Positions 12,501 through 21,936 of a DNA stretch of 64,000 nucleotides are shown here, one piece after another. The first letter of the stretch is position 1. Each line of letters begins with the position of its first letter. Below the pieces are notes generated by a model. The model ran no database searches. It was not told the origin of the DNA and worked only from the letters and a program-made list of their open reading frames with translations. The translations under genes and the position numbers were made by a program. Where the stretch lies: NCBI GenBank assembly GCA_963711565.1, contig CAVQEQ010000002.1, positions 128,001-192,000 on the forward strand. The letters are read 5' to 3'. This DNA is from an uncultured delta proteobacterium (GTDB lineage: Bacteria; Desulfobacterota; Binatia; Binatales; Binataceae).

Positions 12501-12695
12501 GGGTCCGAGATGCGGCGCCCGCTCGGTATCGCAATCGTCGGCGGCCTGATGGTGAGCCAGGTCCTGACGCTCTATACGACCCCGGTTATCTACCTGTACA
12601 TGGACCGGCTGAGCGCAGGATGGTCGAAACTGTGGCGTCGCGCTCGAGGCCGCCGTCCAGCAACGGCGCCCGCCGAGTCGCACGTTGCCGACTGA
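9576..12695 (+). CDS. mdtC: RND efflux permease MdtC/MuxC
   Basis: [11 protein letters not shown] and [13 protein letters not shown]; paralogue of mdtB; ATGA overlap at 9576. Confidence 0.9.
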   Translation: MISEVFIRKPVATTLLTIALALAGIIAFRLLPVAPLPQVEFPTIQVQAQLPGASPETMASSVATPLERQFGRIAGLTELTSTSYLGATSIVLQFDLNRDIDAAARDTQAAINAAAGQLPTTLPSKPTYRKVNPADAPIMILGLTSDAVRPGLMYDAADSILEQKLSQIDGVGQVLVGGSALPGVRVELNPTQMSNLGVGLEDVRTVLANANANRPKGEVANDNQTWGLSTTDQLLKAEDYQPLIVHYHNGAAVQLSDIGLVRDSVENVRAAGMVDGKIAVLVIIFRQPGANIIDTVDRIYAALPQLKASIPAAIDLTVVLDRTTTIRASVHDVEFTMLVSIALVIMVVFLFLRNLRATMIPGVVVPLSLIGTFGIMYLLGYSLDNLSLMALTICTGFVVDDAIVVIENISRYREQGMPPLEAAIKGAAGIGFTVISISVSLVAVFIPILLMAGIVGRLFREFAVTLSAAVLVSLVISLTTTPMMAAHLLKPHDQEKHNRWYVASESFFKWLLDHYESSLLWVLDHQPFTLMVFLVTLGLSIYLFKVVPKGFFPQQDTGRLMGAVQADQDTSFQAMKERLSELVAAIDKDPAVENVIAFTGGNGATNTANMYISLTPLSQRKISADLVIGRIRKEVAHVPGVNLYMQAVQDLRIGGRSSNAQYQFTLQSDDLNELNQWAPKVLKKLRTVHILTNVSSDQQNSGLESNVVVDRDTASRLGLSQQAIDDTLYDAFGQRQVSTMYTPLNQYHVVMEVAPQFWQNPESLDQIHVMSSAGQLVKLSAFTHFANDTTALAVNHTGQFPSVTISFNLAPGIALGDAVDAISQAEAEIHLPAGIRGTFQGTAQAFQDSLSNEGFLVAFALFAVYIVLGILYESYIHPITILSTLPSAGVGAILALLLFHIDLSVIALIGIILLIGIVKKNAIMMIDFALEAQRGEGKSPHDAIYEACVLRFRPIMMTTMAAMLGGLPLALGNGVGSEMRRPLGIAIVGGLMVSQVLTLYTTPVIYLYMDRLSAGWSKLWRRARGRRPATAPAESHVAD

Positions 12696-12710
12696 GCTCC
12701 GTTACCTGCA

Positions 12711-13691
12711 CTACGGTTTCAACGTGCGGGTTACTCGGTTGATTACGAATACTCCGCTCGCGTTCTTCCAGTGGTAGTAGAGCGAAAGGTTGTCCGGCGA
12801 GATCGAAGGTCCCTCGGCATACCCGGTGATCGCTTCAATTTTCTTCGGCTTGTCGAACGGCTTCGAAGTTGACGAGCGAGTCGCCATATAGATGCCGAAC
12901 TCCGGCGTCGGGGGCTTTGGGATGGTTCGCGTGAAGAAAAACTCGAGCTCGTCCGCGGACGTGTCCGGCGCGTAGTTGAGATGCTCGTCATTGATCATCT
13001 TCATGATTTTCGCGCTGTGCGGGTCAATGACGAAGGTGCCGCCCTGATTGGTCGCGACCATCATCTCGGTGCTCGACGGCGGGGCGCCGGGGGCAAGGTT
13101 GCTGTAATTGCCCCGCGTGAAATAGAGAGTGTTGCCGTCAGCGCTGATTTCCGAATCGAAATTGACCAGTCCAATCTTCGGCGCCGCGACGCCCGCAACC
13201 GGATTTACTGGCGTAACGCTCGCGACATCGCTGACATCAGCGAACAGGCCTGAATAGATCGTTGACAGATCGACGGCATAACTTCGGTTGGTAATGAAGT
13301 AAAAGTTGCCATTCATGTCCATCGACGGGACCGCGTCGAGCGGACCGCTGCTGTTGACCTCGCCTCCGATCTCGCCCTGGTACTGGAAGGTCACGTCATC
13401 GATGCGAGTTGCCCAGAACAAACTGGTGGTGGGTGCCGAATTCGAGTTGTTGAAGAAGAGGTAGTTCCCGTCGCGGCTGATGAACGGCTCCATCGCGTCG
13501 TTGCTGTTGCCCTCGTTGTCGTTGTAGCCGAGTATCTGCACCATCTCCGGATTGCTGAATTCCGTGTAGCCAGGCTGCTTCACCTTTTTGTCAGGAGCAG
13601 GGCCAGCCTGCGTAATGCCCACACTCATCAAAACCTGGACGGCAATCGTCGCGGCAATCGTGACGAACATGGGATTCACCCGGGGATTCAT
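12711..13691 (-). CDS. Secreted WD40-like (PD40/TolB-type) beta-propeller protein
   Basis: Signal peptide; repeated blades EPFISRDGNYLFF, SEISADGNTLYF, APDTSADELEFFF and GPSISPDNLSLYY. Confidence 0.7.
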   Translation of the reverse strand: MNPRVNPMFVTIAATIAVQVLMSVGITQAGPAPDKKVKQPGYTEFSNPEMVQILGYNDNEGNSNDAMEPFISRDGNYLFFNNSNSAPTTSLFWATRIDDVTFQYQGEIGGEVNSSGPLDAVPSMDMNGNFYFITNRSYAVDLSTIYSGLFADVSDVASVTPVNPVAGVAAPKIGLVNFDSEISADGNTLYFTRGNYSNLAPGAPPSSTEMMVATNQGGTFVIDPHSAKIMKMINDEHLNYAPDTSADELEFFFTRTIPKPPTPEFGIYMATRSSTSKPFDKPKKIEAITGYAEGPSISPDNLSLYYHWKNASGVFVINRVTRTLKP

Positions 13692-13710
13692 ATCGCGATT
13701 CTCAGACTCA

Positions 13711-15150
13711 CTAGCCTAGCAAGGAGGGCGTTCGCCTTCTAACCCAGTTAGTCGCCTGATCGTATGCATGCGCAAGTTGCATGCAGGCCATCTCGGCCTG
13801 ATTCGGACCTACGATCTGGATGCCCATTGGCAGGCCGCGTTGGTTGAAGCCGGCCGGTACGCTCAGCGCCGGGCAGCCGGACATCGAGATCGGAATCATC
13901 ACTTGCATCCAGCGATGGTAGGTGTCCATCGACGCGCCGCCAACTTCTTTGGGCCAATGAATTGTCGCGTCGAACGGAAATACCTGGCTCGCGGGCGCGA
14001 TCATGAAATCGTACTTCTCGAAAAATTTGCGCACCGCCTGGTACCACGCCGTGCGCACGACGTTCGCGTGCACGATTTCCAACGCGCCGGTCTTGAGGCC
14101 GTTCTCGATCTCCCACTGCAGTTCGGGTTTCATCTGCCCGCGCTGGGCGGGGTCGGCATAGTGATGGTGAAGCAGCGCGCCAAACTGCCACGCTCGAATC
14201 TTGCACCAGCTATCCCACACCGGCTCAAGAGGGTAGTCGGGCATCGCGGTCTCCACGACGCATCCCAACTCCTCGAACACCTTGAGCGCGCCTTCGCATA
14301 GTTCGAGCACGCCCGCATCGAACGGGATGTGTCCGCCGGAATCGCCGACCCATCCGATGCGTGTTCCCTTGAAGTCGCGCTCGAGCGGTCGCGCAAACTC
14401 AGCCGGATCCTCGCGAATCGAAAGCGGCGTGCGCGCGTCGTAACCGGCAACCACCGACAGCAGCATCGCGAGATCAGGAACCGTCCGCGCCATCGGGCCG
14501 TGTACCATAATCGACGGGATGAAGACCTCGTTGAACAGCGACGGCACCCGGCCGAACGAGGTCCGCAGTCCGAACACATTGTTCCACGCGGCGGGATTTC
14601 GCAGCGAGCCGCCGTTGTCGCTGCCGTCCGCGACCGGGATCATCCTGAGCGCCAGCGCCACAGCCGCGCCGCCGCTGCTGCCGCCGCAGGTCTTCGATTG
14701 GTCGTAGGCGTTGAGCGTCGTGCCAAAGACTGGATTGTAGGTTTGCGATCCCAGCCCAAACTCCGGCACGTTTGTTTTGCCGATAATGATTCCGCCCGCG
14801 CGCCGGATTCGCTCGACCATAATCGAGTCCTCGCGCGGCACAGAATTCTTGAACAGCAACGAGCCCATCGTGGTGCGGATGCCTTTGGTCGGCTCAAGAT
14901 CTTTTACCGCATGCGGAAAACCGTGCATCCAGCCGAGGTGCTCGCCGCGCGCAATTTGCGCGTCGCGATTCTTCGCCTGCTCGATTAAATCCTCGCGCGG
15001 TTGGAGCGACACGATCGCGTTGACGCGCGGGTTCAGGCGCTCGATTCGATCAAGATACGCGCTCATCACCTCGACGCACGAGACCTGCTTCGACTTGATC
15101 GCGCGCGAAAGCGTGACCGCATCGAGATTTACAATTTCCGAGTTGTTCAC
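13711..15150 (-). CDS. Amidase (amidase signature family)
   Basis: HGFPHAVKD, GKTNVPEFG, GGSSGG and GSDNGGSLRNPA; true start is GTG at 15150, overlapping the upstream TGA. Confidence 0.92.
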   Translation of the reverse strand: MNNSEIVNLDAVTLSRAIKSKQVSCVEVMSAYLDRIERLNPRVNAIVSLQPREDLIEQAKNRDAQIARGEHLGWMHGFPHAVKDLEPTKGIRTTMGSLLFKNSVPREDSIMVERIRRAGGIIIGKTNVPEFGLGSQTYNPVFGTTLNAYDQSKTCGGSSGGAAVALALRMIPVADGSDNGGSLRNPAAWNNVFGLRTSFGRVPSLFNEVFIPSIMVHGPMARTVPDLAMLLSVVAGYDARTPLSIREDPAEFARPLERDFKGTRIGWVGDSGGHIPFDAGVLELCEGALKVFEELGCVVETAMPDYPLEPVWDSWCKIRAWQFGALLHHHYADPAQRGQMKPELQWEIENGLKTGALEIVHANVVRTAWYQAVRKFFEKYDFMIAPASQVFPFDATIHWPKEVGGASMDTYHRWMQVMIPISMSGCPALSVPAGFNQRGLPMGIQIVGPNQAEMACMQLAHAYDQATNWVRRRTPSLLG

Positions 15151-16220
15151 GATCTGGTTTTCGCGCTCTCGCACTTCTGCGCGATGGCCCAACCAATCTC
15201 CGCTGTCTGTCTCGCCTTCGCGCCGCGCAGCGCCGCATCGGGACCGCTTGCGTTGCCCAGCTTCGCGCGCATTGCAATTCCCTGCGAGATCGCTGCGCCA
15301 CGAAAAAACGAGAACACCACAAAGAACATCAAGTCGGGAACGCCGGCCCGGCCGACGCGCCTGCAATATGCGGCGACGAATTCCTCTTCGCTCGGAATCC
15401 CCGTCGCGCACAGATCGATTCCTTGAAAGCTCGACACGCCGTCGATTCCGGGCGGGCAATGGTAAGCGCGGCAGGCCCAGGCCAGGTCGCCAAGCGGATG
15501 CCCGAGCGTCGACAGCTCCCAATCGAGCACCGCGACCACGCGCGGCTCGACCGGATGGAAGATGATGTTCTCGATACGGTAGTCGCCGTGCGCAATCGTC
15601 GTCTCATCGTCGGCCCGGATATTGCGTCCGAGCCATTCGATCAGGCGATCCATCTCCGGAATCTCGTCGATCTTCGAGGCCTCGTACTGTCTCGACCATC
15701 GCGCCAGCTGGCGCTGGACATAAGCCTGCGGCCGGCCGTAGTCGCCGAGTCCGACCGCGCGAAAATCGACCCTGTGCAGCCGAGCGAGCACGTCGTTCAT
15801 CGAGTCGTAGCAAGCCGCGCGCTCGCGCGGAGTCGAGTCGGGCATCATCGGGTCGCGCATGATGCGTCCCTCGACAAAGTCCATCACGAAGAATGGGGTG
15901 CCGATGACGCCGGCGTCCTCGCACAGGAGGTGCACGCGGGGTACGGGCACGTCGGTCGCCGCGAGCGCTTTGATAATTCGATATTCGCGCTCGACCTGAT
16001 GCGCCGACGGGAGCAGCGTGCCGGGCGGCTTCTTGCGCATGACGAAGCGCGCGTCAGGAGTCTCCAGTAGAAAGGTGGGATTCGATTGCCCGCCGACGAA
16101 CTGTCGAACAATCAGAGGACCGCGAAAATCCGGCATCCGCTCGCGCAGATAATGTTCGAGCGAGGCTTCATCGAAGCGATGATTCTCGCGGACGGGTGTT
16201 ACCTCACCCTCAACCGGCAT
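15147..16220 (-). CDS. APH-like phosphotransferase (ACAD10/11 N-terminal type)
   Basis: GGQSNPT, KKPPGTLLPSAH, HGDYRIEN and VLDWELSTLGHP. Confidence 0.9.
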   Translation of the reverse strand: MPVEGEVTPVRENHRFDEASLEHYLRERMPDFRGPLIVRQFVGGQSNPTFLLETPDARFVMRKKPPGTLLPSAHQVEREYRIIKALAATDVPVPRVHLLCEDAGVIGTPFFVMDFVEGRIMRDPMMPDSTPRERAACYDSMNDVLARLHRVDFRAVGLGDYGRPQAYVQRQLARWSRQYEASKIDEIPEMDRLIEWLGRNIRADDETTIAHGDYRIENIIFHPVEPRVVAVLDWELSTLGHPLGDLAWACRAYHCPPGIDGVSSFQGIDLCATGIPSEEEFVAAYCRRVGRAGVPDLMFFVVFSFFRGAAISQGIAMRAKLGNASGPDAALRGAKARQTAEIGWAIAQKCESAKTRS

Positions 16221-16684
16221 TAGTTCGCGCTCCGAATTTCAGGTTCCTGCTTGCAACAGCTCTGAATCTCGGTCTGCGCCAGATCGGTGTCAACGGGGTT
16301 GAGATGCGGTTCGGAGTTCGTCTGTATTTTGATGCCGGCAATCAGACGCCCCCAGCCGAGTTCTTCTCTGACGTAGTAGGAGCGGCGTTCGGTCTGGAAT
16401 TCCACTTCGTCCTCGCCGCCGTCGTTCTGAACGCTGCATACAACCTTCTGTCCAACCGGAACCACGAACGCGTGATAACCGCCCGGACCGATCCGCGCCG
16501 TATCCTCGCCACAGGTAACGTCGGGGCGGAGCGCAACGCCGAAGTAATTGTAAGGCCGGTACACGTAGATCACGGCGTTACCGGGAGGCGACTCGATTTT
16601 TTCGAACGGTTTGCCCTCGACGGCGCATCCGATCGCGAGAGCGACGACGACGCCAAGCAACAATGCCAGAAGTCCTCGATTCAT
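16220..16684 (-). CDS. Lipoprotein, DUF2846-like
   Basis: Lipobox LAIGC followed by AVIYVYRP. Confidence 0.65.
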   Translation of the reverse strand: MNRGLLALLLGVVVALAIGCAVEGKPFEKIESPPGNAVIYVYRPYNYFGVALRPDVTCGEDTARIGPGGYHAFVVPVGQKVVCSVQNDGGEDEVEFQTERRSYYVREELGWGRLIAGIKIQTNSEPHLNPVDTDLAQTEIQSCCKQEPEIRSAN

Positions 16685-17304
16685 TGGCCGACGGATGCAG
16701 TTGGAGATTTGCGCGCGCTGGCGGCGGCCTGCGCCAACCTGGCCTCGTCGGCATAGATCTTCTGATCGAGCCGTTGCCGGACTGCGGCACGGGCGGCGGC
16801 GTCAACCTCTTTGTGGCTGGCCTGCGTGTACAGGCTGTACGACTCCGAGACGTGTTCCTTGGCAGTGTAGTCGCCGATGACGGTGTCGCCCGCACTGATC
16901 GACAAAGAGGCAAACGCCGTCACCCCAATATCGCCGGTCGGATTGCCAAGCCAGCTCCCCGGATCGACCGCGCTGAGAAGCAGTGGGATATGATAGTCGT
17001 CGTGCGTCAATTCTTCGCGATAGGTAAAGGTCAGCGGCGAAGAATCAGACAGCGACATCGCGACCGCGGGCGGAAGTTCGGCCCGGTCACCGGAAAGCAA
17101 CTTGCCTTTGAAGGGTAGCGGATGCGCGGGCACGTCCGCGACTTTGGGCGCGATGACGAGTTGCGAATCCGCCACGGGGGACGCTCCGGCAAACTGCGAT
17201 TGCGACTGCAGCGATTGCGACTGCAATTGATCGGGCTGCTGGGTGGCGCATCCGCCTGCGCCTATCGCAGCACAAAATGCCGCGAGAATGAGTATTTGCC
17301 TCAT
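16681..17304 (-). CDS. Hypothetical lipoprotein
   Basis: Signal peptide with lipobox-like AGGC; ATGA-coupled to the next gene. Confidence 0.65.
   Translation of the reverse strand: MRQILILAAFCAAIGAGGCATQQPDQLQSQSLQSQSQFAGASPVADSQLVIAPKVADVPAHPLPFKGKLLSGDRAELPPAVAMSLSDSSPLTFTYREELTHDDYHIPLLLSAVDPGSWLGNPTGDIGVTAFASLSISAGDTVIGDYTAKEHVSESYSLYTQASHKEVDAAARAAVRQRLDQKIYADEARLAQAAASARKSPTASVGQ
17196..17225. repeat. Perfect 15-bp tandem duplication GCGATTGCGACTGCA x2
   Basis: Seen directly; encodes the LQSQS-LQSQS linker. Confidence 0.85.
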
Positions 17305-17382
17305 GCCTTATAGACGTTGCGCCAATATTCAGGATGCGGAGCGTGCCAACGCCATAAGAAAATTGTACCAGAAATGGGCGCT

Positions 17383-18057
17383 TTACTTGACGACGCCGCC
17401 GGCCACGTAGACGGTGCCGCCGAGCATCTGTTCGACTTCGAGCTGCGACAGCAGTCGCTCGAGATGGCTCCACGGGCGCGCGAGACCCTCGAGCGTGCTC
17501 GTCGAGCGCAGCGCGGCGTTCCACACCAGGATATTCAGCGGCATCGTACGGGCAGGCGCCCACTTGAGTCCGGCCGCTACTATCCGCGCGCCGGGCCTCA
17601 GATGGCTGACGACGTTCGCGAGCGCACCCGGCGTGCGCATTATGTCGTGCGTGAAATGAAACAGCGCCGCGTCCGCCGCGAACGGTATCGCGGCTTCCTC
17701 GACCGAAGCCGCGACGAGCGCGACGTTGTTCCAGCTGTTTTCAGCCGCCCGCGCGCGCGCCCGTTCGAGCATCTCGGGGCTCTGCTCGATCCCGGCGATC
17801 GAGCCTTCAGTTCCGACCAGGCCTTCGAGCGCCGAGAAGCTCAGCCCGGTACCACAGCCAACGTCCAGAACCCGATCGCCCTTTTTCAGACGCAGCTGAT
17901 CGATCGCGCGCTGACGCACAGGTTCGAACAACAAGAGTTCGAGATCGTAGATGCGCGCTCGCGATCGATATTGACGCAGCGCGGTCGAGCGGTTCGGCGT
18001 CAGCCAGCGCGCGAGCCTTTGAAACGGCGGCGAGCGGTCGTCGGAAGGAGGGTCCAC
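17383..18057 (-). CDS. Class I SAM-dependent methyltransferase
   Basis: VLDVGCGTG motif I. Confidence 0.85.
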   Translation of the reverse strand: MDPPSDDRSPPFQRLARWLTPNRSTALRQYRSRARIYDLELLLFEPVRQRAIDQLRLKKGDRVLDVGCGTGLSFSALEGLVGTEGSIAGIEQSPEMLERARARAAENSWNNVALVAASVEEAAIPFAADAALFHFTHDIMRTPGALANVVSHLRPGARIVAAGLKWAPARTMPLNILVWNAALRSTSTLEGLARPWSHLERLLSQLEVEQMLGGTVYVAGGVVK

Positions 18058-18101
18058 CTTCGATGCCTCGCCCTACGGAGTATCAGGGATCGAAGTTAGA
18101 G

Positions 18102-18494
18102 TTACAGCGCTCTGGCTACGATCCAGATGATGCTGCCCAGCACGAGGATTGCGTTGATTGCGGCGCTGGCCAATGCGCCGGGTCCGCGCTTGGCTGCGGC
18201 GCTCAGGTAACCTTGGGCGTAGAGGATCCGAGCGATAACGAACAGCAGCCCTAGTGCGACGCCGAAGTGATAGTTCACCACCATCGAGAAAATCCAGACC
18301 GCGGGGATGAAGACGATCAGGCTCTCGAGCGTGTTTACATGCACCCGGAAGTAGCGCTCGAAGTCGGGATTGCCGGTGGTGGCCGGCGCCTCGACGCCGT
18401 ACCTCTGTCGCGCGCGTCCAACCATCACGCCGAGAATCGAGTATTCGAGCAACGCCAGCAGCGTCACCAGTTCGAGTTCGTGATATCCCGCCAT
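18102..18494 (-). CDS. MAPEG-family membrane protein (microsomal GST-like)
   Basis: VGRARQRYGVEAPATTGNPDFERYFRVHVNTLE; start at MAGYH after GGAGG. Confidence 0.88.
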   Translation of the reverse strand: MAGYHELELVTLLALLEYSILGVMVGRARQRYGVEAPATTGNPDFERYFRVHVNTLESLIVFIPAVWIFSMVVNYHFGVALGLLFVIARILYAQGYLSAAAKRGPGALASAAINAILVLGSIIWIVARAL

Positions 18495-18564
18495 GTACGT
18501 CGTACCTCCCGTTCGCATGAAGGTACTCGCGCGGGTTGAAGAGTGCGAGATATGAGGTGCTGAA

Positions 18565-19413
18565 CTAGCCGCGGCGGAATTTTGCCTGGCGCTCGGCTTC
18601 CAGTTTATCGGCGGCGTCGCGCGATGGCCGCGCGGGCATCCATCCTCTGGTGTAGTCGATGTCTTCCCACGAGCGATCGTTGGCGTCCCATACATAGGGC
18701 AGCTCGACGATCGTCGCAGGAGCGGAGATGGTGTCGAACGCTCGCATCGCGTCGATGACGATCCGGCGCTGCAATTCGGGTTGATCCGGCGGGCCGGTCT
18801 GGTGGCCCAGCGGAAAATTCACGAACACCGCGCGCGGCGGCTTCACCGACTGGGTGATGTCGAGTGCGGAAGTCATGGAGAGCGTGGGGATTCCCGCTTC
18901 TTCGACTGCACGCGCGATCAGTCCAACGGACTGATGGCAGACGGGTCATGCCGGGACGAGGAAGAAAGCATCGGCGTGGGCGCGCTTGAGCTCGTCAACA
19001 ATTTGCGGAGCGAGTTCGTCGCGGACTTTGCGCGCCGAATAAATTCCGCCCATGAAACTGAACGCGGGATCGACCAGCGCGCCGATGACGCCGGCCGTTT
19101 CAAGCTCGCGCATCCGATCCAGCGGGAACACGCAGTTGACGTCGCGCTCGGCGTCGCCGGTGGGATAGCCGAAATGCCAGACGCTCAGTTCGTCGCGGCG
19201 CGCATCAACCGGGATGCGACGGTACGACGCGTCCTCGCGATGAAAGCGCGGCTGATCGCGATACATGATTCCGCCAGAGCTGATCATCGCGACCCTGCAT
19301 TGCGCGATTGGCCGGGTCAGCGGAGTGAATGGCGCCGAGTCGTTTTCGACCCATCGATAAGGAGTGAAGTCGTTGTAGAGATCGCGCGTGCGAGGGATGT
19401 ATGCGACCGGCAT
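18565..19413 (-). CDS. Selenoprotein of the GrdB/PrdB (glycine/proline reductase B) family, 282 aa, with Sec at the UGA at 18946-18948
   Basis: ORFs 18946..19413 and 18565..18876 are in the same frame. Read-through gives FFLVPA-U-PVCHQSVGLIARAVEEAGIPT...PPRAVFVNFPLG (UxxC). Family motifs VAMISSGG and DVNCVFPLDRMREL are present, and a SECIS-like hairpin follows. Confidence 0.9.
18917..18935 (-). promoter_or_regulatory. Bacterial SECIS-like hairpin AUCAGUCC-GUU-GGACUGAU
   Basis: Perfect 8-bp stem whose loop begins with G, 18 nt after the UGA. Confidence 0.75.
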
Positions 19414-19783
19414 GAAGACACTTTACGTGCGACGCGGGCAATTCGGCAAACGCGGCGCGAAGGCGTTAGCGGTGGCTAGACGCTGCTGATCAGAGAATAT
19501 TCATTCTGAAAGGGGTGAATGGAACGTGCGGCTCTCTGGCGGCGAACAGGAATAACGCACTCTCCCAACGGGTGTCTAAGCTACAGGAGAGTAACGAAGA
19601 TGCGGGATATCGACGGGTAGGTCTAGGAGGCGTTTATCGAGATGATTGACTCTGCCTATGGTTTTCTGAGATGAATGTTTGCGCAAAGAGTCCCGGGGGG
19701 GACCGCTACAGGATTTGGGTTCCCGATTTGGGCGAGGCAGGCCAGATGCCGTTTCTGGCGCGAGTTTCTAGGGAGGGTCTGTA

Positions 19784-20713
19784 ATGCACGTATCATTCAG
19801 GCATGCGCGACGCGTGGTGCTGGGCGTCGCGGTGGGGGCGCTGTTACTCGCTGCTGCACCGGATTCCGGTCACGCGGAGATTCTTTCCATCTGCGTATCG
19901 CCGCATGGACAGAAGATACTTCTGCCGCTCGGCGGGACTTGCAATGCGCCGGACCGGCAGCTCACGTGGGATAGCGGCGGCGTCACCGGCCCAACCGGGC
20001 CGCAGGGTCCCGCCGGTATGCAAGGACCAGCAGGACCGACCGGCCCTTACGGTGAAGCTGGGCCGCAGGGTGCTGTGGGACCGGCCGGCGTGATCGGGCC
20101 GGTTGGAGACGTTGGAGCGACTGGTCCGGTCGGACCGGCCGGAGAAGTGGGTCAGCAAGGGCCGCAAGGGCCGACTGGACCGACGGGCGCTACAGGCCCG
20201 ACGGGACCGACGGGATACCACGGAGTTAACGGCATCAACGGGGCCCAGTACTACACGCTGGGCGGCGGCAACCTGGGCAGTAACGCCTCGCTGCTCTTCG
20301 GCTACAAGAATACTCTCGCGGGCACGAGTTCCACGGTCGGGACCAACCCGATTTTCTACGGTCCGGGCAATGGCGCCGACACGCAACTCGAGAGTGAAGC
20401 GGTGCCAATCGACGCTTCGGTCGCGACCCAACTCTGGGTGCAGACCACGAATGCGCCCGGTGCGGGACAGACCTATTCGTTTACTCTGTACGATAATACC
20501 AATAGCACCTATGTTTCGTGCACGATTGGTAATCCGAGCAGCAGTTTCCCAACCCTGACCGAGTGCAACGATTTGGATGACAGCGCCAGCTTCAGCGCCG
20601 GCGACACGATCGCTCTGAAGGCTACGGCAACCGACGGAGCGGCGCCGACAGAAGTGAAGTGGCTGGTGGTGATGCACCAGACTGGCGGCACTGGCGCGCC
20701 GCTTTTGCCATGA
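19784..20713 (+). CDS. Secreted collagen-like protein A (30 Gly-X-Y triplets)
   Basis: GGGAGG RBS, signal peptide ending GHA, two-Cys N-domain, collagen tract 19979-20248 and a beta-rich C-domain. Confidence 0.9.
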   Translation: MHVSFRHARRVVLGVAVGALLLAAAPDSGHAEILSICVSPHGQKILLPLGGTCNAPDRQLTWDSGGVTGPTGPQGPAGMQGPAGPTGPYGEAGPQGAVGPAGVIGPVGDVGATGPVGPAGEVGQQGPQGPTGPTGATGPTGPTGYHGVNGINGAQYYTLGGGNLGSNASLLFGYKNTLAGTSSTVGTNPIFYGPGNGADTQLESEAVPIDASVATQLWVQTTNAPGAGQTYSFTLYDNTNSTYVSCTIGNPSSSFPTLTECNDLDDSASFSAGDTIALKATATDGAAPTEVKWLVVMHQTGGTGAPLLP

Positions 20714-20783
20714 GTCGCCGATATAGGGGTGCGGAAAAATGCTGACGAGTACGCGAATGGTAACAGTCAGGGAGGGGACGAGA

Positions 20784-21848
20784 ATGCCTCAATCTTTTAA
20801 GAACGCGTGGCGCTGGCTCGTCGGAGCATCGGCGGCTGCGATGCTGATAGCGAGTATCTCGCCGGCGGCGAATGCGCAGACGCCGGATACCGGGGTCATC
20901 AGTCTGTGCGTGGCCCGGAGCGGCAAAATCATCGGGATAAATATTCACTGCAAGCCCCATAACTTCCAATTGACGTGGAATATCCCGGGGCCTGCGGGTC
21001 CAGCCGGGCCGCAGGGCTATACCGGACCCGCTGGCGCGCCGGGCGCGCCGGGGTTGACGGGATCGGAAGGCCCCGTGGGTGCAGTGGGACCTACCGGACC
21101 AATGGGAGCCTTGGGTCTGACCGGTCCTGAGGGTTCGCAAGGCGTGACGGGTCCGACAGGTCCGACGGGTAATACTGGGTTCCCCGGACCAACCGGGCCG
21201 GTCGGCGCTATCGGATTGACGGGAGCTTCCGGCGTGCCGACCTTTCCCGTGGGCTGCACTACCGCAGGCTGCAATGACCAAGTCGAGATCCTGAGCGGCG
21301 GGACGCTCGGTGGAACTATCGGCGATCAAGCGGCAATCCAGCTGACCGTAAACTCCGGCTCTGGCGGAATCCCGACCACCCCGCTCTACATGGGACCGGG
21401 CAACGGCGCGTCGGGACAAGGCATTACCTCAATTCCTCCTGCCCCGGTGGCAGGGCCGCAAACCAGCGTCGAAGTGCCAATGCCGGGCGGCACAGCGTTC
21501 AATATGATTGTTTCGATCACACCGACCGGTGCGGGTCCCGTCGGCAGCGCATACGAATTCGTCGTCTGTAATGGCACGCTCTCCGGCACGGGCGAACCGG
21601 GGGACTGCGACTTTGCGACCAATCCTTTCCCATTCGACACGGCCCCGGGCTGCTTCATCGCGCACTCCATCCCGACCCCGAATCCGCAGGTGTGCACGTC
21701 TAATACTTCGGGAGGCCCGCTGACCTTGACGTTCAATCCGGGCGACCCTCTTTCGATTATGGCTTACAGCTCTGAAGCCAGCACGACCGACACCGTCAAC
21801 GTAAGCTGGTCGATGGACTTCGCGATCAACACGGCGGACGCCTTCTGA
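20784..21848 (+). CDS. Secreted collagen-like protein B (28 Gly-X-Y triplets)
   Basis: GGAGG RBS, signal peptide ending ANA, collagen tract 20988-21239 and a C-domain paralogous to A and C. Confidence 0.9.
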   Translation: MPQSFKNAWRWLVGASAAAMLIASISPAANAQTPDTGVISLCVARSGKIIGINIHCKPHNFQLTWNIPGPAGPAGPQGYTGPAGAPGAPGLTGSEGPVGAVGPTGPMGALGLTGPEGSQGVTGPTGPTGNTGFPGPTGPVGAIGLTGASGVPTFPVGCTTAGCNDQVEILSGGTLGGTIGDQAAIQLTVNSGSGGIPTTPLYMGPGNGASGQGITSIPPAPVAGPQTSVEVPMPGGTAFNMIVSITPTGAGPVGSAYEFVVCNGTLSGTGEPGDCDFATNPFPFDTAPGCFIAHSIPTPNPQVCTSNTSGGPLTLTFNPGDPLSIMAYSSEASTTDTVNVSWSMDFAINTADAF

Positions 21849-21936
21849 TTTGCGGTACGCGAGGAGGAAAAAACACATGAAATCGCGATCGGAAGTCAGC
21901 ACGGCTGGAGGGGAACAGAAAATGGAGGGCGTGAAC

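Noticed and set aside
6463-12695. Long near-identical stretches between the two RND genes as a DGR or recent duplication
   Set aside because: Normal MdtB/MdtC paralogy; differences are mostly synonymous and not adenine-specific
13711-15522. 603-aa amidase with a long N-terminal extension
   Set aside because: The extension overlaps the phosphotransferase CDS; a GTGA-coupled start at 15150 gives a normal amidase
19676-19730. GCGCAAAG segment as a c-di-GMP (GEMM) riboswitch
   Set aside because: The upstream GGCAAACC/GNRA stem and the downstream consensus are missing
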